Source of the DNA: a virus
DNA: 64,000 nt
Virus record (IMG/VR): IMGVR_UViG_3300042429_001107
Reading direction: 5' to 3' (one strand)
The notes under the pieces are model-generated. The model made no database searches and had not been told where the DNA came from. It saw nothing but the letters and a program-made list of their open reading frames with translations. A program made the translations under genes and the position numbers. Positions 1 through 8,821 of this stretch are shown here, piece after piece; the first letter of the stretch is position 1; each line of letters opens with the position of its first letter.

Positions 1-1
1 T

Positions 2-1483
2 TTTTTAGAAGATTTCTTAACAGCAGAAGGAAAGGTGGGAAATACCTATTATGTTGTTAATGAGCTAGAGGTAAAAGAGCAAGTGGGTCTTTCTTATATA
101 ACTACATACAATTTTTCTAGCACACAAATAGACGATTTTAACTCTCCTTCTATATTTAGGCCAGTTTTAACTAATCCTTTATCCACATCTTTTGTTGTGA
201 ATTACACTATGAGATTGGTTAATAAAGGAAATCAGAATCAGATCATAAGAAGATCTACATTTTCTTCCTTTGATATAAACAAATACGGAAAAGAAAATAA
301 TGTAATAAATCTTACTACTGGTGCATATGCTCAGAAAGTTTATAATAAAATAATACAAGCACCTAATCTTATTTCTGGTGTGGGAGTTGCTCCTAATGTC
401 ACTCCATTAGAAAAGAAAATACCAGTATTTTATAAAGATAATAATATTTCAGTAACACAGGAAACTATAATTATAGATAAAGACGGTAATGTGATATCAG
501 AAACATCAGGTCCAGACGTAACACAATTATACGGTCAAGGTAAAGCCAAGATTTTAATAGATCCTTTTGATAACTTCTATAAATTCACAGTGTATAATTT
601 AAAAGATGCAACAACTCCAGAGATAATAGATCTTGGTAATTCTTTAACTTATTATATGGTATTTTTAGATTCTAGTGGTCAGAGTGTTAGGGTGGAAAAT
701 ATAAAGAATAAAACATCAATATCTAATCCTTCACAGGGACAGGTTTCATTTAAGGTTGTTGGATCTAATTCTAAAAAAATTCTTGGATTTATTAGTAAAG
801 AATTTTATATAGTTTCTAAGACCCCAGATGGCATAGAAACTAAGCTATATTCTGGATCTTGGCAAAATCAGTCTGAGTTTTTAGCAAGTACTAATACAAT
901 TCAAGTTGCTACTACAACTGGAGTTACTGGAGCTACTACAACCACAACTACAACTGTTTCTTCAACAGGAACAACAGGAACAACGGGAACTTCAACAACT
1001 ACAGGAAATCAAATTAATTCTAAAGTACCAATTACTAAAGTTAACAAAGCTATAAAAGATTATGTTTTGGGAAGTAGCTCTATACTAAGTGTTAAACCCG
1101 CTACACAATTAAATTCTACAGGATCTGGAGTTTCTGTTGGAAAATCATCATTATCCATACAAAGTTCTTTACAATCGGTTAATATAAATATACCAGCTTT
1201 AGCTGATTCAATAGCAGGTAAAGAATCACTAATATTTGGAGCAACAGTGATTGTGTCTGATGTACAAAAAGTAGTTAATTATTATTTTACACCAGGATCC
1301 CCTGGAGCAACATTATTTAAAGGTATAAAACCTAGTCAATTCTTAACTGCAGCTTTACAGATTCACCCTAAATTAGCAAATGGAACTTTTGATCCCACAT
1401 ATGTCAAATATTGTAATGCTTTAGTATTTCCTGTTACTAATGATCCTGAAGCAGCTGCAAATAAAGGTAAGACAAAGAAATAA
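2..1483 (+). CDS. Hypothetical, probably structural protein (5' partial) with a Thr/Gly-rich linker
   Basis: Frame is open from base 2 (FLEDFLTAEGK...), so the GTG at 35 is probably not the true start; T/G-rich segment TTTGVTGATTT; lies next to a tail-tube-like gene. Confidence 0.5.
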   Translation, partial: FLEDFLTAEGKVGNTYYVVNELEVKEQVGLSYITTYNFSSTQIDDFNSPSIFRPVLTNPLSTSFVVNYTMRLVNKGNQNQIIRRSTFSSFDINKYGKENNVINLTTGAYAQKVYNKIIQAPNLISGVGVAPNVTPLEKKIPVFYKDNNISVTQETIIIDKDGNVISETSGPDVTQLYGQGKAKILIDPFDNFYKFTVYNLKDATTPEIIDLGNSLTYYMVFLDSSGQSVRVENIKNKTSISNPSQGQVSFKVVGSNSKKILGFISKEFYIVSKTPDGIETKLYSGSWQNQSEFLASTNTIQVATTTGVTGATTTTTTTVSSTGTTGTTGTSTTTGNQINSKVPITKVNKAIKDYVLGSSSILSVKPATQLNSTGSGVSVGKSSLSIQSSLQSVNINIPALADSIAGKESLIFGATVIVSDVQKVVNYYFTPGSPGATLFKGIKPSQFLTAALQIHPKLANGTFDPTYVKYCNALVFPVTNDPEAAANKGKTKK

Positions 1484-1490
1484 TTAACAA

Positions 1491-2042
1491 ATGATTTTAA
1501 ATGCTAGACAGAATGGTTTCATCTTTAATTTTCCTAAGGGATTTGTAGTTGATAGTGTAATTGATAAGTATTCTAAATATGTTAAGAGAATGCCCATTCC
1601 TTATGACACAGTAAATGACTTTATAAATTCAACTATTCAGCAAGTTAATTTTCCCACACTCAGAACTATAGATACTGTGGAACAAATTAGACCTGGTGGT
1701 TTTAAACAAACTTATAAGAGTGCTACAACTCTACAAAATTTAATACAAAGAGATTTCACTGTCACTTTTAAGTTGGGCGAAGGATTTATAAACTATTGGA
1801 TTTTGTATGAGAACATAATAAAGTTCTTGGATTTCCAAAATCCGGAACAATATCTACAGGACTTTAGATTATTATTACTTGATAATGAGGGAGTTGTTAT
1901 GGCTAGCGTGCTTCTACAACAGCCGGTCTTCACTTCATTATCTGAAATACAATTGAACTACGCTTCAAGTACACCTCAATTTTCTACTTTCTCAATAGGA
2001 TTTAAATGTAATTACGTGGATGTTAAACTTGAAATCGGATAA
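1491..2042 (+). CDS. Tail tube-fold protein (T4 gp3/gp19-like tail completion/tube)
   Basis: 183 aa; pattern IQQVNFP...FTVTF...NYWILYE...LSEIQLNY...TFSIGF resembles the gp3/gp19 family; sits just upstream of a T4-like gp32/primase/uvsY/uvsW block. Confidence 0.5.
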   Translation: MILNARQNGFIFNFPKGFVVDSVIDKYSKYVKRMPIPYDTVNDFINSTIQQVNFPTLRTIDTVEQIRPGGFKQTYKSATTLQNLIQRDFTVTFKLGEGFINYWILYENIIKFLDFQNPEQYLQDFRLLLLDNEGVVMASVLLQQPVFTSLSEIQLNYASSTPQFSTFSIGFKCNYVDVKLEIG

Positions 2043-2718
2043 GAGAATAGTCGGTGTCGATTTTTCGTTGAACTCTCCTGGGTTTTGTATACTAACAAAT
2101 GATAGCTGTAAATGGATAAGTCTTCATAGAACAACTAACATCATAGATAAGATGCTTAAAAAAGAGGGATCTCCTTTTAAAGTTCTCAATGATAATGGGA
2201 GTGTCTCAATAAATATTATTTCCAAGAAAGAATTTACTGGAGAATATCACGAGAAGGAAAGACAGAAGATTTTAAACGCTGTTTATTTTTCTGAAGTTGC
2301 TTTGGATCTTTTATCCCCATATCTCGACGAGAACACTATAGTGGGTATGGAAGGTTTATCTTTTGGATCTAATGGTAATTCACTTATAGATATTTCTATG
2401 ACAACCGCTCTAATTAGAGCTGGTGTAGTTAAGAAAATAAATCCTGATAATTTCTATGTGATCTCTCCGACCACACTTAAGAAATTTGCAGTAAAAGGAA
2501 ATGCTAAGAAAGATGAGCTTTACTGTAAGCTTATAGAAGACAGAATATCTGAGGACAGATTAAAACCACTTTTGAATGTTTTGAAGGAATATAAAGATTT
2601 ATGGATCAAAGGAGCGGGTAAAGTTGAGAACCCTTGTTCTGATATAATTGATGCAACATGGATCTGTTTGTTTATTGAGGATAATTTAGAGAAACTTTTA
2701 TCTGGTAGTAAGATATAA
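2020..2718 (+). CDS. RuvC-like Holliday junction resolvase
   Basis: IVGVDFSLNSPG, EGLSFGS, PTTLKKFA..GNAKKDE and DIIDA motifs of the RNase H fold. Confidence 0.75.
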   Translation: MLNLKSDKRIVGVDFSLNSPGFCILTNDSCKWISLHRTTNIIDKMLKKEGSPFKVLNDNGSVSINIISKKEFTGEYHEKERQKILNAVYFSEVALDLLSPYLDENTIVGMEGLSFGSNGNSLIDISMTTALIRAGVVKKINPDNFYVISPTTLKKFAVKGNAKKDELYCKLIEDRISEDRLKPLLNVLKEYKDLWIKGAGKVENPCSDIIDATWICLFIEDNLEKLLSGSKI

Positions 2719-2756
2719 ATACTAAATAATATAAATTAAAAAAAACTTGAATTATT

Positions 2757-3722
2757 ATGGAAGAAAATTTTGACATCTTTAATCTTGACAATGAATCGTT
2801 TGTTAAGCAGGAAATTAAAACAAAGGACGATGATGAGTTTATTTATAAACCTTATCCCGAATTAGGAAAAGACGGAGTGTATAAATCTTTAATTAGATTC
2901 TTACCTAACATCACAAATCCTAAAAAATCTAAAATTCACCAATATTATGTTTGGTTGAAAGATCCAGTAGACGGAGCAAATCACAAAGCTATTTGTCCAT
3001 CTACGGTAGGAAAAAAATCAATACTTAAAGATCTTTTTTGGAAGCTTAAAAATTCTGCTTCTGCTAAGGATCAGGATTTATCTAAATCATTCTCTAGAAA
3101 AGAAGATTTTTATTCTTTAATTCAAGTAGTTAAAGATGCAAATCGACCAGACTTGGAAGGTAAAATTATGATATTCAAATTCGGTAGAAAGGTTAACGAT
3201 ATGATCGAGCAACAAATCAAACCAGAATTCGGAAATCCTTCAAATCCTTATGACTTATTCGAAGGTAAAAACTTCGGTCTTCAAGTGAGAAAAGTTGGAG
3301 AATGGAACAACTATGATCTTTGTCAATTTGTAGGAGATAAAATGGCTTTAATTATTGATGGAGTATCAGTAGAAAGATCTGAAGAAGGTAGAGAGATGGT
3401 TACAAACTTTCTTAAGACTGGTCCTTTAGATATAGAAAAATATGATTATTCTGATTGGGACGATGAAGAGAATGAAAAAATCATGAGAATTATTAGAAAC
3501 ACAATTCCTGACGGAAGAATGGTTTCTGAGATTATCGGAACTAGTTCAGATTCTAAACCAGTAAGTACAACTGCTTCTGTAGATTCATTCTACGAAGATG
3601 CTAATAGCAGAACATCAACCCAAGAATCTAATGATACAGAGGATGAAGCTCCTGCTAAACCTGCTAAAGCACCAGCTAAAAAATCTGCACCATCTTTGGA
3701 TGATCTTTATAACGATCTATAA
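2757..3722 (+). CDS. Single-stranded DNA-binding protein (T4 gp32-like)
   Basis: LIRFLP, CPST, IFKFGRK, PYDLFEGKNF and WNNYD motifs; acidic C-terminal tail ending LDDLYNDL. Confidence 0.85.
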   Translation: MEENFDIFNLDNESFVKQEIKTKDDDEFIYKPYPELGKDGVYKSLIRFLPNITNPKKSKIHQYYVWLKDPVDGANHKAICPSTVGKKSILKDLFWKLKNSASAKDQDLSKSFSRKEDFYSLIQVVKDANRPDLEGKIMIFKFGRKVNDMIEQQIKPEFGNPSNPYDLFEGKNFGLQVRKVGEWNNYDLCQFVGDKMALIIDGVSVERSEEGREMVTNFLKTGPLDIEKYDYSDWDDEENEKIMRIIRNTIPDGRMVSEIIGTSSDSKPVSTTASVDSFYEDANSRTSTQESNDTEDEAPAKPAKAPAKKSAPSLDDLYNDL

Positions 3723-3735
3723 ATAATGGATTGTT

Positions 3736-4809
3736 ATGGAAACAAAGGATATAAGTGTCCTATCAGTAGATAGGGTTAAAGGAATAGTTAATTCTGCTTT
3801 ACTTAAGTTCTTTGGTAATGATCCTCAAAGATTAAAAATCTATCAAGGGGGCAACAGACTAAACTTCTGTTGCCCTTATTGTGGAGACTCCAAAGACGCT
3901 AAGAAAAAAAGAGGAAATCTTTATGTCGATACATTAACATATAAATGTTATAATGGTGGATGTGCGGTCTTCAAAAATCTAAATCAATTTACTAGAGATT
4001 TTGAAATCAACGGAATGCTTTCCACTGATGAAATTGCAGAGATAGCAGAGATATCTAGAAATTCGACTATAAGGAAAAAAATAAGAAATTCTTTAGATTA
4101 CTTTTTTTCTGAAAATTACAAAGATATACTTGTTGGTAGAGAGGAATTTAAACATGCATTAAATCTTCTAGAAGTGAAAGGAACATACGGAGAGAAATGG
4201 TTAATCGAAAGAAATCATGTACCCGATAATAAATTCCTATGGGATCCTAAAAGAAGGAACTTATATCTCCTGAATCTATCCGGAGATGAAACAAAGATAC
4301 TTGGTCTACAGATTAGGCCTATAGTAAAAAAGAATAGTGGAAGTAAATACTACACTTACAAGCTTAGTGGTATTTACAAAAATCTCCTAAAAGAAACAAA
4401 CCCCGAAATTATATTAAAAGCCGAAGAAGTTGATCCAATATCTAGCGTTTTTGGATTCTCTACTGTGGATCTAGATTCAATGATAACAACTTTTGAAGGT
4501 CCTTTAGATGCTTGGCTTTGTCCTAATGCAATAGCATTATGTTCTATAAATAATCCTTTTCCTTTTGATGTAACAAACAAAAGATGGTTATTAGATAGCG
4601 ATGAGGTTGGGAGACAAAAAGCCAGAGAATTTTTGGAAGCGGGCGAGGAAGTTTTTCTATGGGGAAAATTTATAAAAGAATGTGAATTACCAGAAAGGGA
4701 TAAATGGGATTTAAACGATGTGGTTAATTATGTAAGATCCACAGGAAAGAAGATCAAAAGATTAGATAATTACTTTTCTGTTGATAAATGGGATATTATA
4801 GATATATGA
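3736..4809 (+). CDS. DNA primase (T4 gp61-like)
   Basis: Zn finger CPYCGDS...YKCYNGGC; TOPRIM motifs FEGPLD and LDSD; KWDLND. Confidence 0.85.
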   Translation: METKDISVLSVDRVKGIVNSALLKFFGNDPQRLKIYQGGNRLNFCCPYCGDSKDAKKKRGNLYVDTLTYKCYNGGCAVFKNLNQFTRDFEINGMLSTDEIAEIAEISRNSTIRKKIRNSLDYFFSENYKDILVGREEFKHALNLLEVKGTYGEKWLIERNHVPDNKFLWDPKRRNLYLLNLSGDETKILGLQIRPIVKKNSGSKYYTYKLSGIYKNLLKETNPEIILKAEEVDPISSVFGFSTVDLDSMITTFEGPLDAWLCPNAIALCSINNPFPFDVTNKRWLLDSDEVGRQKAREFLEAGEEVFLWGKFIKECELPERDKWDLNDVVNYVRSTGKKIKRLDNYFSVDKWDIIDI

Positions 4810-4991
4810 AATATAAAAAGAACAACAACAAATTTAAGTTCCCTGTAGATATAAAAGGTGATTTAGATGTTCCCGATTTTGATATATCTGATAATTTTTC
4901 CACAGAGATAGTAAAGAATAAGATAGACTCGGAAGTTAAAGAGATATCAAAAAATAAGAAAAAGAAATGTCAGAGCAACAACCTAATGTAG
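4788..4991 (+). CDS. Small hypothetical protein
   Basis: Fills the gap between primase and uvsY with overlapping ends; true start may be the downstream Met. Confidence 0.4.
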   Translation: MGYYRYMKYKKNNNKFKFPVDIKGDLDVPDFDISDNFSTEIVKNKIDSEVKEISKNKKKKCQSNNLM

Positions 4992-5434
4992 AGAAGAAAG
5001 ATTTCGATAAAGGATTTCAAATAGAAAGAGAAGAATGGACAGAAAAAATTAGAGAACTTTCTATTAGAATGAAAAATATTAGAGAACTTGCAGATGTGCA
5101 GGTAGATCTTTATTATAATAGACAGATATTATTAGAATACTCTGCTAAGTTGGGTCAGGTAATGAGCAAGCTTAATGCTAAATTTAGAAAAGATAAGTCT
5201 AATAGATTAAAATACTATTCTGAAATGTCTCAAGTAAAATATGGGGCTAATGAAAAAACCCCTTTAATAGAAGGGGATCTTTCTGAATTAAAAGAAAGAA
5301 TGGATCTTGTTGATGGACAAATATCTTTCCTTAACGAGACTATGAAAACTGTCGATCACATGCTTTATGGTGTGAAATCAAGAATATCTTTAGAGGAATA
5401 TTTAAGATCAGGAGCGGTTAAAAATAACTATTAA
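4967..5434 (+). CDS. uvsY: Recombination mediator UvsY-like protein
   Basis: 155 aa, all helical, directly upstream of uvsW; adjacent uvsY and uvsW are typical of T4-like phages. Confidence 0.6.
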   Translation: MSEQQPNVEKKDFDKGFQIEREEWTEKIRELSIRMKNIRELADVQVDLYYNRQILLEYSAKLGQVMSKLNAKFRKDKSNRLKYYSEMSQVKYGANEKTPLIEGDLSELKERMDLVDGQISFLNETMKTVDHMLYGVKSRISLEEYLRSGAVKNNY

Positions 5435-5436
5435 TA

Positions 5437-6978
5437 ATGTTAAAATTTGTAGTAAGTGAAGATAGAAATTGGTTAAGTCTTATAGATTACGAAGAGGAAT
5501 TTGAAAGAAAACAGATTGATATATCTTTAACTAGAAAAATACATAATCATTATTTTCATCCATTAGTTAAGAAAAAACATTGGGACGGAGCAATATGCTT
5601 TGTTGATAAAAGGTTACCTATTTGGAGAGTGCCTTCTGGACTTTGGTCTGAGGTATACCAGATATGCGAAAAATATAAAATAGAGGTAGAAATAAACGGA
5701 CTAGAAAGAATCATCGATAATTCTTTTACCTTAGAAAAATACACTGAATGGTGTAATAAATTCTTTAAGGGGGGTGTCGGAGGGGATCCTGAAAAAATGC
5801 CTAGGGATTACCAAATAGAAACAGCATGGAAGATTATAAAATTTAAACTTTCTGTTTCCGAGGTAGCAACAAGTTCTGGTAAGACCCTAATCGCTTTTAT
5901 GGTAATGGCTTATCTTAAGGAGGTTTTAAAGGTGAAAAAATTCCTTATGGTAGTTCCTAACACCAATCTAGTTATACAAGGATCTGAAGATTTTGAAGAA
6001 TATGGTCTAGAGAAATTAGAAGACTGCGAGATACAACAAATTCATGGATCTAATAAGAAAAAGATCTCTGGTGGATTAATGATAGGTACATATCAATCTT
6101 TAGTTAAAATGGATCCTGAATTTTTTGATGATGTGGAAGCTGTATTTGTAGATGAATGTCACCAAGCTCAAAGTGCATCTATTAAAAAGGTAGTTGCATT
6201 ATGTAAAGACTCTAAATGGAGATTTGGGCTATCTGGAACATTAGCTAATAAAAATACTGCAGAGTATTTAACTATACAACAATTTCTTGGACCTTTAATT
6301 ATGGAGATTTCTCCAAAGTTTTTATTTGATAACAAATATGCTACTCCTGTTTCTATTAAGATAGTTAAAATGGATTGGATGGACGAGGAAGTTAAAGAGA
6401 AGCTTGCTACATTAAAAGAAACTAAAAATGAGATGGAGGGTAACGAGCTTTTTAATCTAGAAAGAAAGCTTGTTGTTAATTCTGACAAGAGACTTAATTA
6501 TATTATAAATTTTGTTCTTAAAACATCAAAGAATTCTCTTTTACTTTTTCAATCTGTTGGCGAGGGATATGGTAAAAGAATATATGACGGAATAAGAGAA
6601 GGGTCTAATGATAGAGAGGTTTATTATATAGACGGTGACACTGCTCCTGATAAAAGAGATATTTTCACTAAAAGAATGGAAGAAGGTATTAATAAAGTAA
6701 TGGTTGCTTCTTTTGGCACTATGTCTACTGGTATATCTGTTAAAAATATACACAATATATTTCTTATTGAATCATATAAATCTGAAGTACTGATTAAGCA
6801 GAGTTTAGGTAGGGGGATGAGACTATTTGATGGTAAAGAGAAAGTTAATATTATAGACTTTGTTGATGACTTCTCTTTTGGTGGAAAAGACAACTATTTG
6901 CTTAAACATTCTAAGGAAAGAATTGAAATTTATAAAAAAGAGCAATTTGAATACAAGATATATGAGATCAAAATTTAG
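5437..6978 (+). CDS. uvsW: SF2 DNA helicase UvsW
   Basis: PRDYQ, ATSSGKT (Walker A), DECH, GLSGT and QSLGRGMR motifs. Confidence 0.9.
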   Translation: MLKFVVSEDRNWLSLIDYEEEFERKQIDISLTRKIHNHYFHPLVKKKHWDGAICFVDKRLPIWRVPSGLWSEVYQICEKYKIEVEINGLERIIDNSFTLEKYTEWCNKFFKGGVGGDPEKMPRDYQIETAWKIIKFKLSVSEVATSSGKTLIAFMVMAYLKEVLKVKKFLMVVPNTNLVIQGSEDFEEYGLEKLEDCEIQQIHGSNKKKISGGLMIGTYQSLVKMDPEFFDDVEAVFVDECHQAQSASIKKVVALCKDSKWRFGLSGTLANKNTAEYLTIQQFLGPLIMEISPKFLFDNKYATPVSIKIVKMDWMDEEVKEKLATLKETKNEMEGNELFNLERKLVVNSDKRLNYIINFVLKTSKNSLLLFQSVGEGYGKRIYDGIREGSNDREVYYIDGDTAPDKRDIFTKRMEEGINKVMVASFGTMSTGISVKNIHNIFLIESYKSEVLIKQSLGRGMRLFDGKEKVNIIDFVDDFSFGGKDNYLLKHSKERIEIYKKEQFEYKIYEIKI

Positions 6979-6984
6979 AATTCG

Positions 6985-6992
6985 GATATATA
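6985..6992 (+). promoter_or_regulatory. Putative late promoter GATATATA (representative of about 20 copies)
   Basis: Plus strand at 6985, 12700, 14603, 15931, 20818, 27847, 30584, 33941, 38855, 48824, 62013, 62021; minus strand at 51686, 54758, 57106, 59348, 61920, 63847; AATATATA variants at 10847, 19789 and minus 17860; all lie 4-45 nt upstream of a start. Confidence 0.7.
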
Positions 6993-7012
6993 AAAGAAAT
7001 AATTAAATCTCA

Positions 7013-7612
7013 ATGAGAAACATCAAAGAATATAGAGATTTCTGTATTAATGAATCTGAAGAATTATTCTTTAGCAGACACTTAGGAAATGATGCTAAGA
7101 CATATGGTGATAGGGCTAAAAATCATTATAACCTACCTGAAGATGCTAGTATATTACAAAAAACTCAAAGGTTCTTTGGGTACATCGAAGACAAGCTAAA
7201 CAATATTGCACAAGCAGGACAAGATATAACAAGACAAAATAGAGCTGTTAGAGGCGGGGGTTTAAATACTGGATATGAAATGTTATTCGGTCTTCCGGCT
7301 ATTGTACCAGGAGTACTTAAAAGAGTATTCGGACCTACTAAATATGAGATTTCTAAAAGAGTACCAGCTAAGGATGAAGATGTAGATGTTGAGTTCATGA
7401 GACACACAAATGAGGATTTTGCTAAAAATGAACTACCGAACATTAAAACTGAGCAACAATTAGAAGATAATATCACCGAGCTTTATCAAAAAGCTCAGGT
7501 TAATAAAGGACAGGTACCTGCTCTAGATGATATAGGAATGAATAGAGCTTACCTTTATTATACAAAACAAAAAAATCCTAATCAACCTATATTCCAACCA
7601 AATAACGCATAA
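7013..7612 (+). CDS. Hypothetical protein with capsid-targeting-like leader
   Basis: N-terminus MRNIKEYRDFCINES; GATATATA at 6985. Confidence 0.6.
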   Translation: MRNIKEYRDFCINESEELFFSRHLGNDAKTYGDRAKNHYNLPEDASILQKTQRFFGYIEDKLNNIAQAGQDITRQNRAVRGGGLNTGYEMLFGLPAIVPGVLKRVFGPTKYEISKRVPAKDEDVDVEFMRHTNEDFAKNELPNIKTEQQLEDNITELYQKAQVNKGQVPALDDIGMNRAYLYYTKQKNPNQPIFQPNNA

Positions 7613-7616
7613 AAAA

Positions 7617-8369
7617 ATGAAAAAATTCTCTTTAGTAATAGAAAAGAAAAGACAAGACTTAAAAGAAGCAGAACTTGTAACTGAAAGAAATCAGTATTTA
7701 GATTTCTCTAAGAAGTACAATAAAGAACATGGTGTTTCTGGACCTTTTGATAAAAAATTCAAAGGTGATGAAAAATCACAGGAAGAGTACATGCAAGGTC
7801 TTTCAATGGCTTGGGACGAGTACAAGAAAAAGAAAGGTATTAAACTTAAATCTAATAGCAAAGACTTTGCTTTCAAAAAGAAAATGAATGAGTCTAAATC
7901 TTCTGATATGGCTAAGCAGATGATCGGTGATGGCGGAGATCCTAACTATCATTTTGTTACTATGTGTGACGATTACATGTTTGAGAAAGAAGATGCTATG
8001 ATGAATTATAGTAAAGAGCCAATGTCTGCTCCTTTAAAGATCAAAACCACACCGGATTTTGGAATCTATACATTCGGTCCTTTTATGAATATAGAAGAAT
8101 CAAAAATGTTTGCTGAAAGCATCGAATTAGATGAGATCAACGGACCAAGAATGGTAACTATACAAGACAGAAAAAATGGTGAAGTATTCTCTAAATTCTT
8201 ATCATGTAAAATGCAACCAGTTTGGGACGAGCATATTGAAGAGCATGTAGGAAGCATGGAAGATGAAGAAGACGAAGAAGAGGAAGAAGATCCTAACATG
8301 GAATACACTTATGGTGATGAAGATGAAGGTACTGACGATGTAGTTTACGATGAGGATGAGGAGGAATAA
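7617..8369 (+). CDS. Acidic hypothetical protein, possible prohead core/internal protein
   Basis: MKKFSLVIE leader, several hxE sites and a very acidic C-terminus. Confidence 0.45.
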   Translation: MKKFSLVIEKKRQDLKEAELVTERNQYLDFSKKYNKEHGVSGPFDKKFKGDEKSQEEYMQGLSMAWDEYKKKKGIKLKSNSKDFAFKKKMNESKSSDMAKQMIGDGGDPNYHFVTMCDDYMFEKEDAMMNYSKEPMSAPLKIKTTPDFGIYTFGPFMNIEESKMFAESIELDEINGPRMVTIQDRKNGEVFSKFLSCKMQPVWDEHIEEHVGSMEDEEDEEEEEDPNMEYTYGDEDEGTDDVVYDEDEEE

Positions 8370-8371
8370 AA

Positions 8372-8818
8372 ATGATGAATCAATTACAAAGTCAAGCTCT
8401 ATATCCAGTACTGCAACACTATACTGGTGAAAAGATAACTTCAATATCTGTTCTTGATGATCATAATCTTATTTTTAATACTTTCATTGGTGATGATGGT
8501 TTTGTTAATCAGAACACAGATGGAGATTGGGAAATAATAATAGAAAACAAAATTGTCTATACAATAGAGAAGGATGTTTTTGAGGTTCTTGTAAAACCAA
8601 GTAGAAAAAGTTCATTAGAGAATTACGTTGGTATTCTTAATGATCTTTTTAATGATAAAAAAATAAGCAATAGATCAAGGATATTGGTTTTTAATATCCT
8701 CCTATTTCTAGAAGAATATATAATAAACTCAGACTTTCTTCCAAAGAAGAATTTAAGAGTTGGTCCTTTTAGTATTTTTAATTACAAGGGGAATAAATTT
8801 GTTTACTGTTTAAATTAA
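8372..8818 (+). CDS. Hypothetical protein
   Basis: 148 aa ORF tightly packed in the operon. Confidence 0.5.
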   Translation: MMNQLQSQALYPVLQHYTGEKITSISVLDDHNLIFNTFIGDDGFVNQNTDGDWEIIIENKIVYTIEKDVFEVLVKPSRKSSLENYVGILNDLFNDKKISNRSRILVFNILLFLEEYIINSDFLPKKNLRVGPFSIFNYKGNKFVYCLN

Positions 8819-8821
8819 AAA